Below, piece by piece: positions 1-8,709 of a stretch of 64,000 nucleotides of DNA. Within the stretch, counting starts at the first letter, position 1; every line of letters starts with the position of its first letter. The position numbers and the translations under genes were made by a program. Location of the stretch: positions 32,001 to 96,000 of IMG/VR virus record IMGVR_UViG_3300022833_000005. One strand, written 5' to 3'. This DNA comes from a virus. The notes beneath the pieces were generated by a model that saw only the letters and a list, made by a program, of their open reading frames with translations, did not search any database and had not been told where the DNA came from.

Positions 1-2
1 AA

Positions 3-2357
3 ACTGTATACAACACAGATTTACGTCAAGCAACTAATAATAAAGAAGGAGACTTTTGGCCTCATGTAAGTTCTGGTATTCCAGATGATTGGTTACAAGA
101 AACAAACGTAACTATTGCTCAAGACAACACGTATAATTATAATGTAACTTATTCTAAACAGAACAAAGAGAATTTATTTACACACTTACCTGCTGATTGG
201 AAAAAAGATTTATGTTTTACTTATTATCCTTTTAGAGCTATTTATTCTGATGCAGCTACAGATAATTCTGATATTAGCATAAATAACTGGTTGATATACA
301 GAGCTCTGTCATTTCATAACTTTCCACAAAATTATGGGGCACTTGTGTCATTAGATGGTATTCAAAATAAAGCAATACTTGCTAGATTTGAAAATAAATC
401 ATTACTATATAATAACTTACTAACTATAGATACAAGTAATCCTCAAGCTGCATACTTAGGCAACTCTAGATTATTTGATTCATCACCTCCAATTGATTTC
501 GCTGAAACAGATCTTGGATATGTAGGTAGTCAAAATAAATTTTTATTAAAAATACCTCAAGGTCAAGTAACAATTGATTCTAAAAGAGGTCAAATATTTT
601 TAATACAAGGAACCCAAATTCAAGATTTAGCAACATTTGGTTCCGGAGTGAATAGATTTATGACAGAACATTTACCATTTGAAATATTAAATCATTTTCC
701 TGAAGTTAAAATAGATAATAATTACAATGGTATTGGATTACATGGAGTATATGATAGTAATTTTGAAAGAATTATTATAACAAAACTTGATTATATTCCA
801 ATTAAAGCTGGAGTGTTTTATGATAATTCAATTCAGCAATTTTATGTAATGAATGGTGAGATTAAACAAGAAGTATTTTTTGATGAAAAAGAATATTTTT
901 GTAATAAATCTTGGACAATGTCTTTTAATTTCAATACAAAATCTTGGATATCTTTTCATAGCTACATACCTAATTTCTACATAGGAGAAAACAATTTCTT
1001 TTATTCTGGAATGAATGCATGTTGCACAGATGGTGATTTAATAGTATTAGCCGGTGTGTTAGATCCGGTAGTAATAATACCAACGACTACTACTACTAGT
1101 ACTACAGAACTTTTTCCTCAAACAACCACTACAACTACAACTTTAGATTGTATTATAAGTGGTGGAACTTTTATAGGTACAGATTGTACTATAGTAGCAG
1201 GTACAGGATATATAACAATTCCACCAACTACTACAACTACAATATGCCAAAGACCAAATAACTTAATAGAGTTTGGTTTAGGTGGAGGTTATCAAGTTTC
1301 AGGTTCTGCTGCAGTAATAAGTACAGGTAGTGCAATAGATGCATGTAACGCTAGTGAGTTTGTAGAAAATAATTATAATCCAGAAAATCCTTCAAACAAT
1401 GTATCAGTAATTGAATTTATTGTTTCAGCAACATCATTAAATCTAGGTTCAGTCTTGTACCTTGGACAATTTACAGATTGTACACAGGCTCCAGATGGTT
1501 GGTATTGGATTTCTGACTATTCTATTATTTATGTACAATATGGTATAGTTCAAGAAATTTATGATTGTGATTCTCCAGTAACAACTACTACCACTACTAC
1601 CTTTAATGAAAACTGTATTGAGTTTTATTTAAACAATGAAACACAGATTACTGTAGGTTATTCGTACACCGATTGTAATGGTATATTCATTTCAGATGCT
1701 TTTTTAGTTGGACTTGAAGAAATTTCAATTTGTGCTATTTCTGGAACACTTGATCCAGAAAGCGGTATAACTGTAAGTATAGTTGGTGATTGTAATATAA
1801 CAACAACTACTACCACTACTACTGATACACCAATAACAACTACTACCAGTACTACTTCTGCACAAATAGCTTGTAATAGTTTTGTTCAATCTGGTGGTCC
1901 TGGTATTTCGGATTATTTCGTAACAATGGCCAATCCAAATGGAGGGCTTATAACATTTGATTTTAACGCACAAAGTATTCCAGATAAGTTAGAAATAATA
2001 CACATGTTACCTTCAAATGTTTTTATTAAGAAAGCAACTTCTAGCATGGATGCCAATAATAATTCAAGTAGTTTTGATAATGTTTACGGAACAAGAACAA
2101 GTAATGTAATACCTTCTGGAAACCTAGGAAGTATAAATCAATTTATTGGATCAAGTAAAGGATCGATACCTACTAGGTATAATGAATTCGTGGCAGCAAC
2201 AGGCGTTACAAATTTACCATTTACTTCAGGAAGTCAACAAAGAATATGGTGGGTTTATAGTGCTGCTGATTATGCAAATTCAAATCAAGTAAACATACGA
2301 GTTACAGGAGATAATGGCACACAATGGGATTTTAATAGAGTTTGTGAAATTCCTTAA
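3..2357 (+). CDS. Tail/muzzle (stabilisation-like) structural protein, 5'-truncated by the window; C-terminal part is Cys-bounded modules joined by poly-Thr linkers
   Basis: The frame is open from nt 3 (TVYNTDLRQ...NNWLIYR), so the start is upstream of the window. It lies just before the cargo/RNAP genes, as in crAss-like phages. Motifs YNVTYSKQN, YVGSQ, WTMSFN..W.SFHSY.P. Five Thr tracts after about nt 1080. Confidence 0.65.
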   Translation, partial: TVYNTDLRQATNNKEGDFWPHVSSGIPDDWLQETNVTIAQDNTYNYNVTYSKQNKENLFTHLPADWKKDLCFTYYPFRAIYSDAATDNSDISINNWLIYRALSFHNFPQNYGALVSLDGIQNKAILARFENKSLLYNNLLTIDTSNPQAAYLGNSRLFDSSPPIDFAETDLGYVGSQNKFLLKIPQGQVTIDSKRGQIFLIQGTQIQDLATFGSGVNRFMTEHLPFEILNHFPEVKIDNNYNGIGLHGVYDSNFERIIITKLDYIPIKAGVFYDNSIQQFYVMNGEIKQEVFFDEKEYFCNKSWTMSFNFNTKSWISFHSYIPNFYIGENNFFYSGMNACCTDGDLIVLAGVLDPVVIIPTTTTTSTTELFPQTTTTTTTLDCIISGGTFIGTDCTIVAGTGYITIPPTTTTTICQRPNNLIEFGLGGGYQVSGSAAVISTGSAIDACNASEFVENNYNPENPSNNVSVIEFIVSATSLNLGSVLYLGQFTDCTQAPDGWYWISDYSIIYVQYGIVQEIYDCDSPVTTTTTTTFNENCIEFYLNNETQITVGYSYTDCNGIFISDAFLVGLEEISICAISGTLDPESGITVSIVGDCNITTTTTTTTDTPITTTTSTTSAQIACNSFVQSGGPGISDYFVTMANPNGGLITFDFNAQSIPDKLEIIHMLPSNVFIKKATSSMDANNNSSSFDNVYGTRTSNVIPSGNLGSINQFIGSSKGSIPTRYNEFVAATGVTNLPFTSGSQQRIWWVYSAADYANSNQVNIRVTGDNGTQWDFNRVCEIP

Positions 2358-2570
2358 ACAACTACTACCATTACTTTATCAAATTGTTTAGACTATTTGG
2401 TTCAAGGATTGTCAGGCACTATTACAATTAGGTACACAGCATGTAATGGTTTTGTTGATGAAACAACATTTAATGCAGCAACTGGACTATCAATTTGTAC
2501 ACAACCAGATTCGATAGATATAATAGAAGGGCAAGGAACTATAAACCTTCAGGGAAATTGTCTTAGTTAA
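2358..2570 (+). other. In-frame 70-codon continuation behind the TAA: Thr linker plus Cys module, no start codon
   Basis: Translates as TTTTITLSNCLDYLVQG...YTACNG...LSIC...QGNCLS*, resembling the module NCIEFY...YTDCNG...ISIC...VGDC inside the gene. Confidence 0.75.
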
Positions 2571-2607
2571 TTATTAAGTTCAGAATTTATATAAATAAAA
2601 TAAAGAG

Positions 2608-3474
2608 ATGTCAAAAACTATATCAATAAAATTAACAAAAACTGGACCTAATGTAGGACCTTTTAATATTCTTGACTTAGCTGGAAATATTTTAGCTTCA
2701 TCTATTTTACTGTCATCACTAATAGATGGCATTGCAATTGTTGTAGATGATGATGTTGAGTATATAGTTTTGGAATCATTAGAAGGTTGTACGTTTAAAA
2801 AAACTATTCAACTAGAAAATATAAATCAACAAGATTGGATAAATGAAAAATATGTTGAAGATAACACAGGTTGTATTTGGACACATTTAAAAAACACCAC
2901 TTTATATAATTATTATTATGGTAAAATAGAACCTTACATAATTGAATATCCTTTTTCATATAACTTCCAAGATGAAATATTACAAAATATAAAAGATTAT
3001 AGTGAAGTATTTAAATATTTACCATCAACAGTTGGAGTGTTTGATAATAATAGAAAAGTTCAAACAAACAAAAATTGGTTTAATAAAGCTATTTTATATA
3101 ACGGACAACAATGTTCCGGAGTGTTAGAGTTAGTTCCAAAACCTGAAAATAATTTATTTGAATATTTAAAATATCCTTTATTTAATTCAGATAGTAAAAC
3201 TATTACATTTACAAAAAGTGATAGTTTCTATCAATATAATACTTTTTGGTCAGTAGAGGTAGATTCTGAAATTCCAATGTTCACAACATCTTGTGAATCA
3301 TTATCTATAGATAAAGTGATTAATCAGTCTAATATGGATTATGGACAAAGATCATTTAAGAAATCTCCTCTTAGAGCTAGAGAATTAAAGGTGAGGCATA
3401 TATTAGATAACTCATCTACAACACATATAGTAAGTCAGTTTATTATTACACCTGCACAAATAAGTTATAAATAA
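2608..3474 (+). CDS. Tail structural protein, probably the separated C-terminal half of the muzzle-like protein
   Basis: 288-aa ORF. IWTH...YNYYYG..EPYIIE is the segment I would expect directly after SFHSY.P in unsplit homologues (recalled, not searched). Confidence 0.5.
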   Translation: MSKTISIKLTKTGPNVGPFNILDLAGNILASSILLSSLIDGIAIVVDDDVEYIVLESLEGCTFKKTIQLENINQQDWINEKYVEDNTGCIWTHLKNTTLYNYYYGKIEPYIIEYPFSYNFQDEILQNIKDYSEVFKYLPSTVGVFDNNRKVQTNKNWFNKAILYNGQQCSGVLELVPKPENNLFEYLKYPLFNSDSKTITFTKSDSFYQYNTFWSVEVDSEIPMFTTSCESLSIDKVINQSNMDYGQRSFKKSPLRARELKVRHILDNSSTTHIVSQFIITPAQISYK

Positions 3475-5222
3475 TGAAAGGTTGGTTAGATACATTTGAT
3501 AAAGCACAAACAGGAGCAAGTCTTCCTGGTGCTACTGGTATGATGTATTCTCGTTCATCTACATTAGATTACACTAAAAAAGCACAAGATGGTGATAAGT
3601 TTAAAAAAGACTTGTATGAAAAAACTAGAGTTAAAATAGATAATACAGCAGTTAAAAAACCTTTTATTTTACCAATTTTATCAAAAGAACAAATAGCTGA
3701 AAAAGCTGAAAAAAAAGCAGAAGAGATAAGAAGAAATCAACCAGTGTTTTCTTCAGATGATAGATCTCCTGAAGAAAGAAAAGCTGCTATAGAGAGAGCT
3801 GACCAAGTAAAAAATGCAAATTTATCAATAGGTGAAAAACTTTTACCTTACCTTGCAAATCCTTTTCGTGCAATTGGGGATGTTGTTGAACCTATGATAA
3901 ATTATGTAAGGCAAGGTAATATAGGTGGTAGTTCAGGATGGCAACATGCAACAAATCCTTTTCCTACCACTCAAGAAATAGCCCAAGAAGTAGAACTAAA
4001 TAGAACAGATCCTAATTTAAATTGGGGAGATAAGTTATTAAATAAAACTAAAATAGGATTAGGAGAAGTTCCTGCAGCAGCAATTAACTTAGTTACAGGA
4101 GCAGCTTTTGCACCTACAGGTTCTGGAGTTAAGGGAATGTTGAATTATGCATTAAACCCAATTGCTGGAACAAATTCAACAATATCTCCAATTATAAATA
4201 AACTTAAAAAAGATTTAAAAGCATCAGGAAGAAAGTTTGTTGCAAAAAATATACCAAGAAAAGTAAACACTCTTGTAGAAGGAACAGATATGACACTTAT
4301 AACTAATTCTAAAATAGGTGAATTATTTGACAAAACTGGTATACCAAAAGCATTAGGTTGGGAAAGGGGTTTTAATTATGGACCTAACTCAGAAGGTAGA
4401 AAATTTGTTGCATCTGCAAGTAATCCAGGTAAAGATGTTGTAGACTTATCTAGTTACACTGATGAAGTTGGTAAGTATTTTTCTTTTGAGAATGCATTTG
4501 TAAAAAACCCAATGACTGCAGGAAGAACCATGAAAGCAATGGAAAATGTTATTCCAAAGTATGGTATAATAAAACAAAACCCAGCATCAGGTTCGTTAAG
4601 CCAAGACTCTTTTAATATGATGGTTCAACGTTTAAAAAACCCTAGTAAATATAAAGATGTAACAAATTACGGTGATGATTATATATTTTTAAATAGGTTG
4701 GCTAATTCTAAAAGAATGATAAACCCAATAACAGGTAAGCCACATATTACTAATAGAACACTAAAAGATCAAAATTTATTTGATGGGGTTGAATTAAATG
4801 CTTTAGAAAAAAAATATAGTGATGTTTTCAACAAGCTTAGTGATAAAGGTATAGTCAATGGTGAATATAAAGGTCTAACTAATAGAGCTATTAAAATACC
4901 AGGTTTAGCAGATGATGTTTATCAGATTGGAATACCAAATATATCATTGAAAAAATTATATAAAGATGGTGGTTGGTTGTCTAAATATGAAAATGGTGGA
5001 GTGATAGAAGATGACAGAGGCCAATGGGCTCATCCAGGAGAAGTAACAAAAATAAACTCCAATAACATAACAATGAAAGGAGTAAACTATCCCGTCCTTG
5101 GGGTTTCAAATACAGGTGATGAACAATTGATGATGCCTGGAGAAAATTACAAGTTTGATGGGAAAAGTGTTACAGAGTATCCAATAATAAAAAATGGTGG
5201 ATGGTTATCTAAATATAATTAA
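3474..5222 (+). CDS. Putative internal virion/ejection protein
   Basis: 582 aa in the cargo cluster; repeated KAQxG and GGWLSKY motifs at both ends. Confidence 0.5.
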   Translation: MKGWLDTFDKAQTGASLPGATGMMYSRSSTLDYTKKAQDGDKFKKDLYEKTRVKIDNTAVKKPFILPILSKEQIAEKAEKKAEEIRRNQPVFSSDDRSPEERKAAIERADQVKNANLSIGEKLLPYLANPFRAIGDVVEPMINYVRQGNIGGSSGWQHATNPFPTTQEIAQEVELNRTDPNLNWGDKLLNKTKIGLGEVPAAAINLVTGAAFAPTGSGVKGMLNYALNPIAGTNSTISPIINKLKKDLKASGRKFVAKNIPRKVNTLVEGTDMTLITNSKIGELFDKTGIPKALGWERGFNYGPNSEGRKFVASASNPGKDVVDLSSYTDEVGKYFSFENAFVKNPMTAGRTMKAMENVIPKYGIIKQNPASGSLSQDSFNMMVQRLKNPSKYKDVTNYGDDYIFLNRLANSKRMINPITGKPHITNRTLKDQNLFDGVELNALEKKYSDVFNKLSDKGIVNGEYKGLTNRAIKIPGLADDVYQIGIPNISLKKLYKDGGWLSKYENGGVIEDDRGQWAHPGEVTKINSNNITMKGVNYPVLGVSNTGDEQLMMPGENYKFDGKSVTEYPIIKNGGWLSKYN

Positions 5223-5266
5223 ATTAAAAAAAATCCACTAACTTTACAAAATATAATACAATCAAT

Positions 5267-8200
5267 ATGAAAGCTGAAATCTTAAAAATAGCAAACGTTA
5301 AAACTGAAAAAGAGTTTTATAAAAAGTTTCCAAATGAAAAAACCTTTATGGCAAAACATGGGAAAGCTGTAAAGAAACTAATGGTTAAAAAAGCACAAGT
5401 TGGTTCTATGATTAAAAACATAGACACACCAACAGGTAATGTTTCACCTACTCGTATAGATAATGATTATTTAAATGATCATGTTGCTTCACTTACAGGA
5501 GGTAAATCACAAGAACAGCTTAGACAAGAAGAAATGTACAACGCTCAATTGTCTAAACTTCAAGAACAATCAGGTGGAGGTGGTGGAGGTGGTTTATCAG
5601 GACTTATATCAATGGGTCAAAAAGCATATGCAGCATATAATGCTCAAAATGCTAAAGGTGCTGAAGGTGCTATTGATGTAGAAGGTGTTGATATTGGTGG
5701 TGCTGATGTTGGTAGTGGTCGTAATGGTGAAACACTTAGTAAGTTTTTTATGGGTGCACCTTTACCTAATGCTCAAACAGGTAAAACATTTGGTCAAAAG
5801 GCAAAAGATGTATATAATTCAAAAGCTGTTCAAGACTATGGAATTCCTATTATTGATGATATAGTATCAATTAATGATACACTCAAGGCTCAGAAAGAAG
5901 CAAAAGCTGTAGCTAAACAATCTAGAATGGTTTCTGATGTAGCACTGCAAGCTTCTAAAACTCAACCAGAAAGAATAGAACGTGATTATGTTCGTCCAGA
6001 AGATATAGAAATGACAGGGGAAGAATTCTTTCCTATATATGGGGTTGGTACAAATGTACTTGCTAAAAATGGTGGTATGTTTAGTGATCAAACTTATGCT
6101 TCTTTAAATAATGTTAATCAAGAAAAAATATTTAATCAAGGTGGTTATTTAAAGAAAGCTCAAGATGGAGCTAGTTTTAGTGACATGTCATATGGTGGTG
6201 GAGCAATGGGAGGGTTTGGTATGCAAGCAGGTCAAGTAGTTGGATTTAATAATGATGCTGGTTCGCAAATAGGTGGAAAAATAGGTGGAACTATAGGTAG
6301 TATATTTGGACCTGTTGGTGGAGCTATTGGTGGTTTTATTGGAGGTGGTATTGGAGATATGTTAGATAGAGATGATAGAAGAATTGAAATAGATAATGAT
6401 AAAGCTGAAAGAAATAATAAAGAATTAAGTTATAGTGCAGTGGCTCCTTCAGTTCAGGCTGGGTATGCTTCTCATGTACGTAATGGTGGAAATGTTGTAT
6501 CAGACTTATTTAAAGATGGTGGTAACTTACCATCTAACCCATCTGCATTAGATACAATGGCTATGGGAGGAGATATCAAAACTTTATGGGGTGGTAGTGT
6601 TGATACTGTTTCTTATAACCCTTATGCTGGTGGAGAGAGTATTGAATTTAAAGGAAACTCTCATGACAATTATGATCCTAAAACAAGACAAACTGGAATA
6701 GGTGTTGCTTATGGGGAACAATCAGTTGCTAATAATGAAGCGGTTGTAGAGGTAGAGAATGAACCTGCACAAAAATTAAGAGATGGTGGTGGTGATGAGA
6801 ACTTAGTTATATATGGTGATTTAAAAATTCCAGATGAATATGTAGATGAAATTGGTGATAACAGAGCAAAAGGTATGAAGTTTAAAAATTACGTAAGTAA
6901 ATTAAATAAAGATGAATCTAAAATTAATAATAAGATGGGTAATGCTGCAGATGTGGGGTTAGAATCTGACCAAACTATTTGGGGTCAATTAGAAAGAGCT
7001 ACATCAAATGTTATTATTGATGGAGGTGATGAGAAGTTAAAAAATATTGCTACAAAGAAAAATATACTAGCTGATTTACAAAGTGCTTTAAATGATACAT
7101 TTGATGACTTTCAAATTAAAGGTAATGAATTTATTAATAGAAGTAAAATAGTAACAGATCCTGAAAGAGTTGCAAATGCTAAATCTGGTAAGACTGTTCC
7201 CAAGGCACAAGATGGTAATGAGTCAGAAAATGAATTTGTATTAAATACTCTACCTAAAGATAAAAAGAATTATAAAAATGCAGCAGAGGCTAAAAAAGAT
7301 GGGTTTGAATTTAATAAAAAAACTAATAATTGGGAACGTGGTAATGAAACAGCTGCTATAGAAGAAAAAAAATCATCATCTTCAGCATTGGATAATGTTC
7401 GTAAAGGACAAAAATCTGGAGAAAAGTTTTCTGGTAATGTAACTGAAGAGCAATTTGAAACTCTTAAAACAGAAAACCCTTGGTTTGATTGGAGTAATTT
7501 TGATCTATCTAAAAAAGTTAAATATAATGGTAAAATGGTATCTGCTGATACATTAAGGTATCAAAAAGAATTTAATAAAATATCAGAAGATTCTGGATCT
7601 GATGTTAGAATTAAGGCAGATGGATATTTTGGAGAACAAACAGCTAGTGCAAGATTTAGCGAAAGGATTGAAGGTGCACCTGCTAGTAATGTTATTGAAA
7701 CAGCTACAGTAGATGAACCTACTACCACTGCAGAAGAAACAACATTAACTCCTAAGATTCCAAATATTCCTAATTTTATGAATAGAACACAAGGTGAAGG
7801 TCTTGACGGGAATCAATTACTTGCAGAACAATATGCAATGGCTACTAACCAAGTTCAACCTGTGTATGCTCAATCGTATACACCGAACTTAAATGTACCA
7901 TATGACATATCGTTACAAGATCAAATGAATGAAATCATTGCTCAAAGTAGAGCATTAAGTAGAAGTACAGCTTTTGAAGGAAATCCTGCTGCTGCTGCTC
8001 TAATGGCTGCTCCTATGTATGAAGCTATAAATAAAGTTAAAGCTGATGAGTTTAGAGCTAACCAAGCAATGAAAAGTCAGAATGTAATTGCAAACAATGC
8101 AGAACTTAATAGAGCTCAGTTAACAAACTTAGAAATATTTGATAAACAACAAGATAAGCAAGCTGAAGCTACTTCTAAAACTAGAACCCAAAATATAGAT

Positions 8201-8629
8201 ATCCTTAGTTCTATTTCTGACAAGTATTCACAAAGAAGATTAGAAAATAGATTAGAGCAAACATATCAAAATCTATATCCAACATTTGGGTTTGATAGAA
8301 ACTTTCAAACAAGAGTACAACAACAAGCTACCTTTAATACAGGTCAAGGTTCTAAGGGGGGTCAACCATCATTATCAACACCAGGTTTTAATGGGAATGC
8401 TAATAATTTTAGCCAAGGTTTTAATGAAATTAATTCATGGATTGATTATTTTAGAAATTCATCTAAGCAAGATCAAGAAAGAATAAAAAAAGAAGAAGAG
8501 GCTAAAAAATTAAAGGAACAAGAACTTACACCTATAACTCCAGAAAGTAAAAATGGTAGAGTTGTAAAAAACAACACTAAAAAAAATAATAAAAATAGTA
8601 ACATTCTAAGAGCACTACGAGATTTATAA
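5267..8629 (+). CDS. Cargo/ejection protein (C1-like) with glycine-zipper membrane segment
   Basis: 1120 aa; GSQIGGKIGGTIGSIFGPVGGAIGGFIGGGIG, FKGNSHD..VEVE motif, many xxxGG motifs; position before the RNAP cluster. Confidence 0.6.
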   Translation: MKAEILKIANVKTEKEFYKKFPNEKTFMAKHGKAVKKLMVKKAQVGSMIKNIDTPTGNVSPTRIDNDYLNDHVASLTGGKSQEQLRQEEMYNAQLSKLQEQSGGGGGGGLSGLISMGQKAYAAYNAQNAKGAEGAIDVEGVDIGGADVGSGRNGETLSKFFMGAPLPNAQTGKTFGQKAKDVYNSKAVQDYGIPIIDDIVSINDTLKAQKEAKAVAKQSRMVSDVALQASKTQPERIERDYVRPEDIEMTGEEFFPIYGVGTNVLAKNGGMFSDQTYASLNNVNQEKIFNQGGYLKKAQDGASFSDMSYGGGAMGGFGMQAGQVVGFNNDAGSQIGGKIGGTIGSIFGPVGGAIGGFIGGGIGDMLDRDDRRIEIDNDKAERNNKELSYSAVAPSVQAGYASHVRNGGNVVSDLFKDGGNLPSNPSALDTMAMGGDIKTLWGGSVDTVSYNPYAGGESIEFKGNSHDNYDPKTRQTGIGVAYGEQSVANNEAVVEVENEPAQKLRDGGGDENLVIYGDLKIPDEYVDEIGDNRAKGMKFKNYVSKLNKDESKINNKMGNAADVGLESDQTIWGQLERATSNVIIDGGDEKLKNIATKKNILADLQSALNDTFDDFQIKGNEFINRSKIVTDPERVANAKSGKTVPKAQDGNESENEFVLNTLPKDKKNYKNAAEAKKDGFEFNKKTNNWERGNETAAIEEKKSSSSALDNVRKGQKSGEKFSGNVTEEQFETLKTENPWFDWSNFDLSKKVKYNGKMVSADTLRYQKEFNKISEDSGSDVRIKADGYFGEQTASARFSERIEGAPASNVIETATVDEPTTTAEETTLTPKIPNIPNFMNRTQGEGLDGNQLLAEQYAMATNQVQPVYAQSYTPNLNVPYDISLQDQMNEIIAQSRALSRSTAFEGNPAAAALMAAPMYEAINKVKADEFRANQAMKSQNVIANNAELNRAQLTNLEIFDKQQDKQAEATSKTRTQNIDILSSISDKYSQRRLENRLEQTYQNLYPTFGFDRNFQTRVQQQATFNTGQGSKGGQPSLSTPGFNGNANNFSQGFNEINSWIDYFRNSSKQDQERIKKEEEAKKLKEQELTPITPESKNGRVVKNNTKKNNKNSNILRALRDL

Positions 8630-8694
8630 CTAATTCAATTATAAAGAATTAACAACACTTGTTATAACAGTTAGGATAATAGAATAAATCATAT

Positions 8695-8702
8695 TACATT
8701 TG
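8695..8702 (+). promoter_or_regulatory. Bacteroidota sigma-A -7 box TACATTTG
   Basis: Matches TAnnTTTG in an intergenic gap just before the ATG at 8710. Confidence 0.6.
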
Positions 8703-8709
8703 TTAAATT

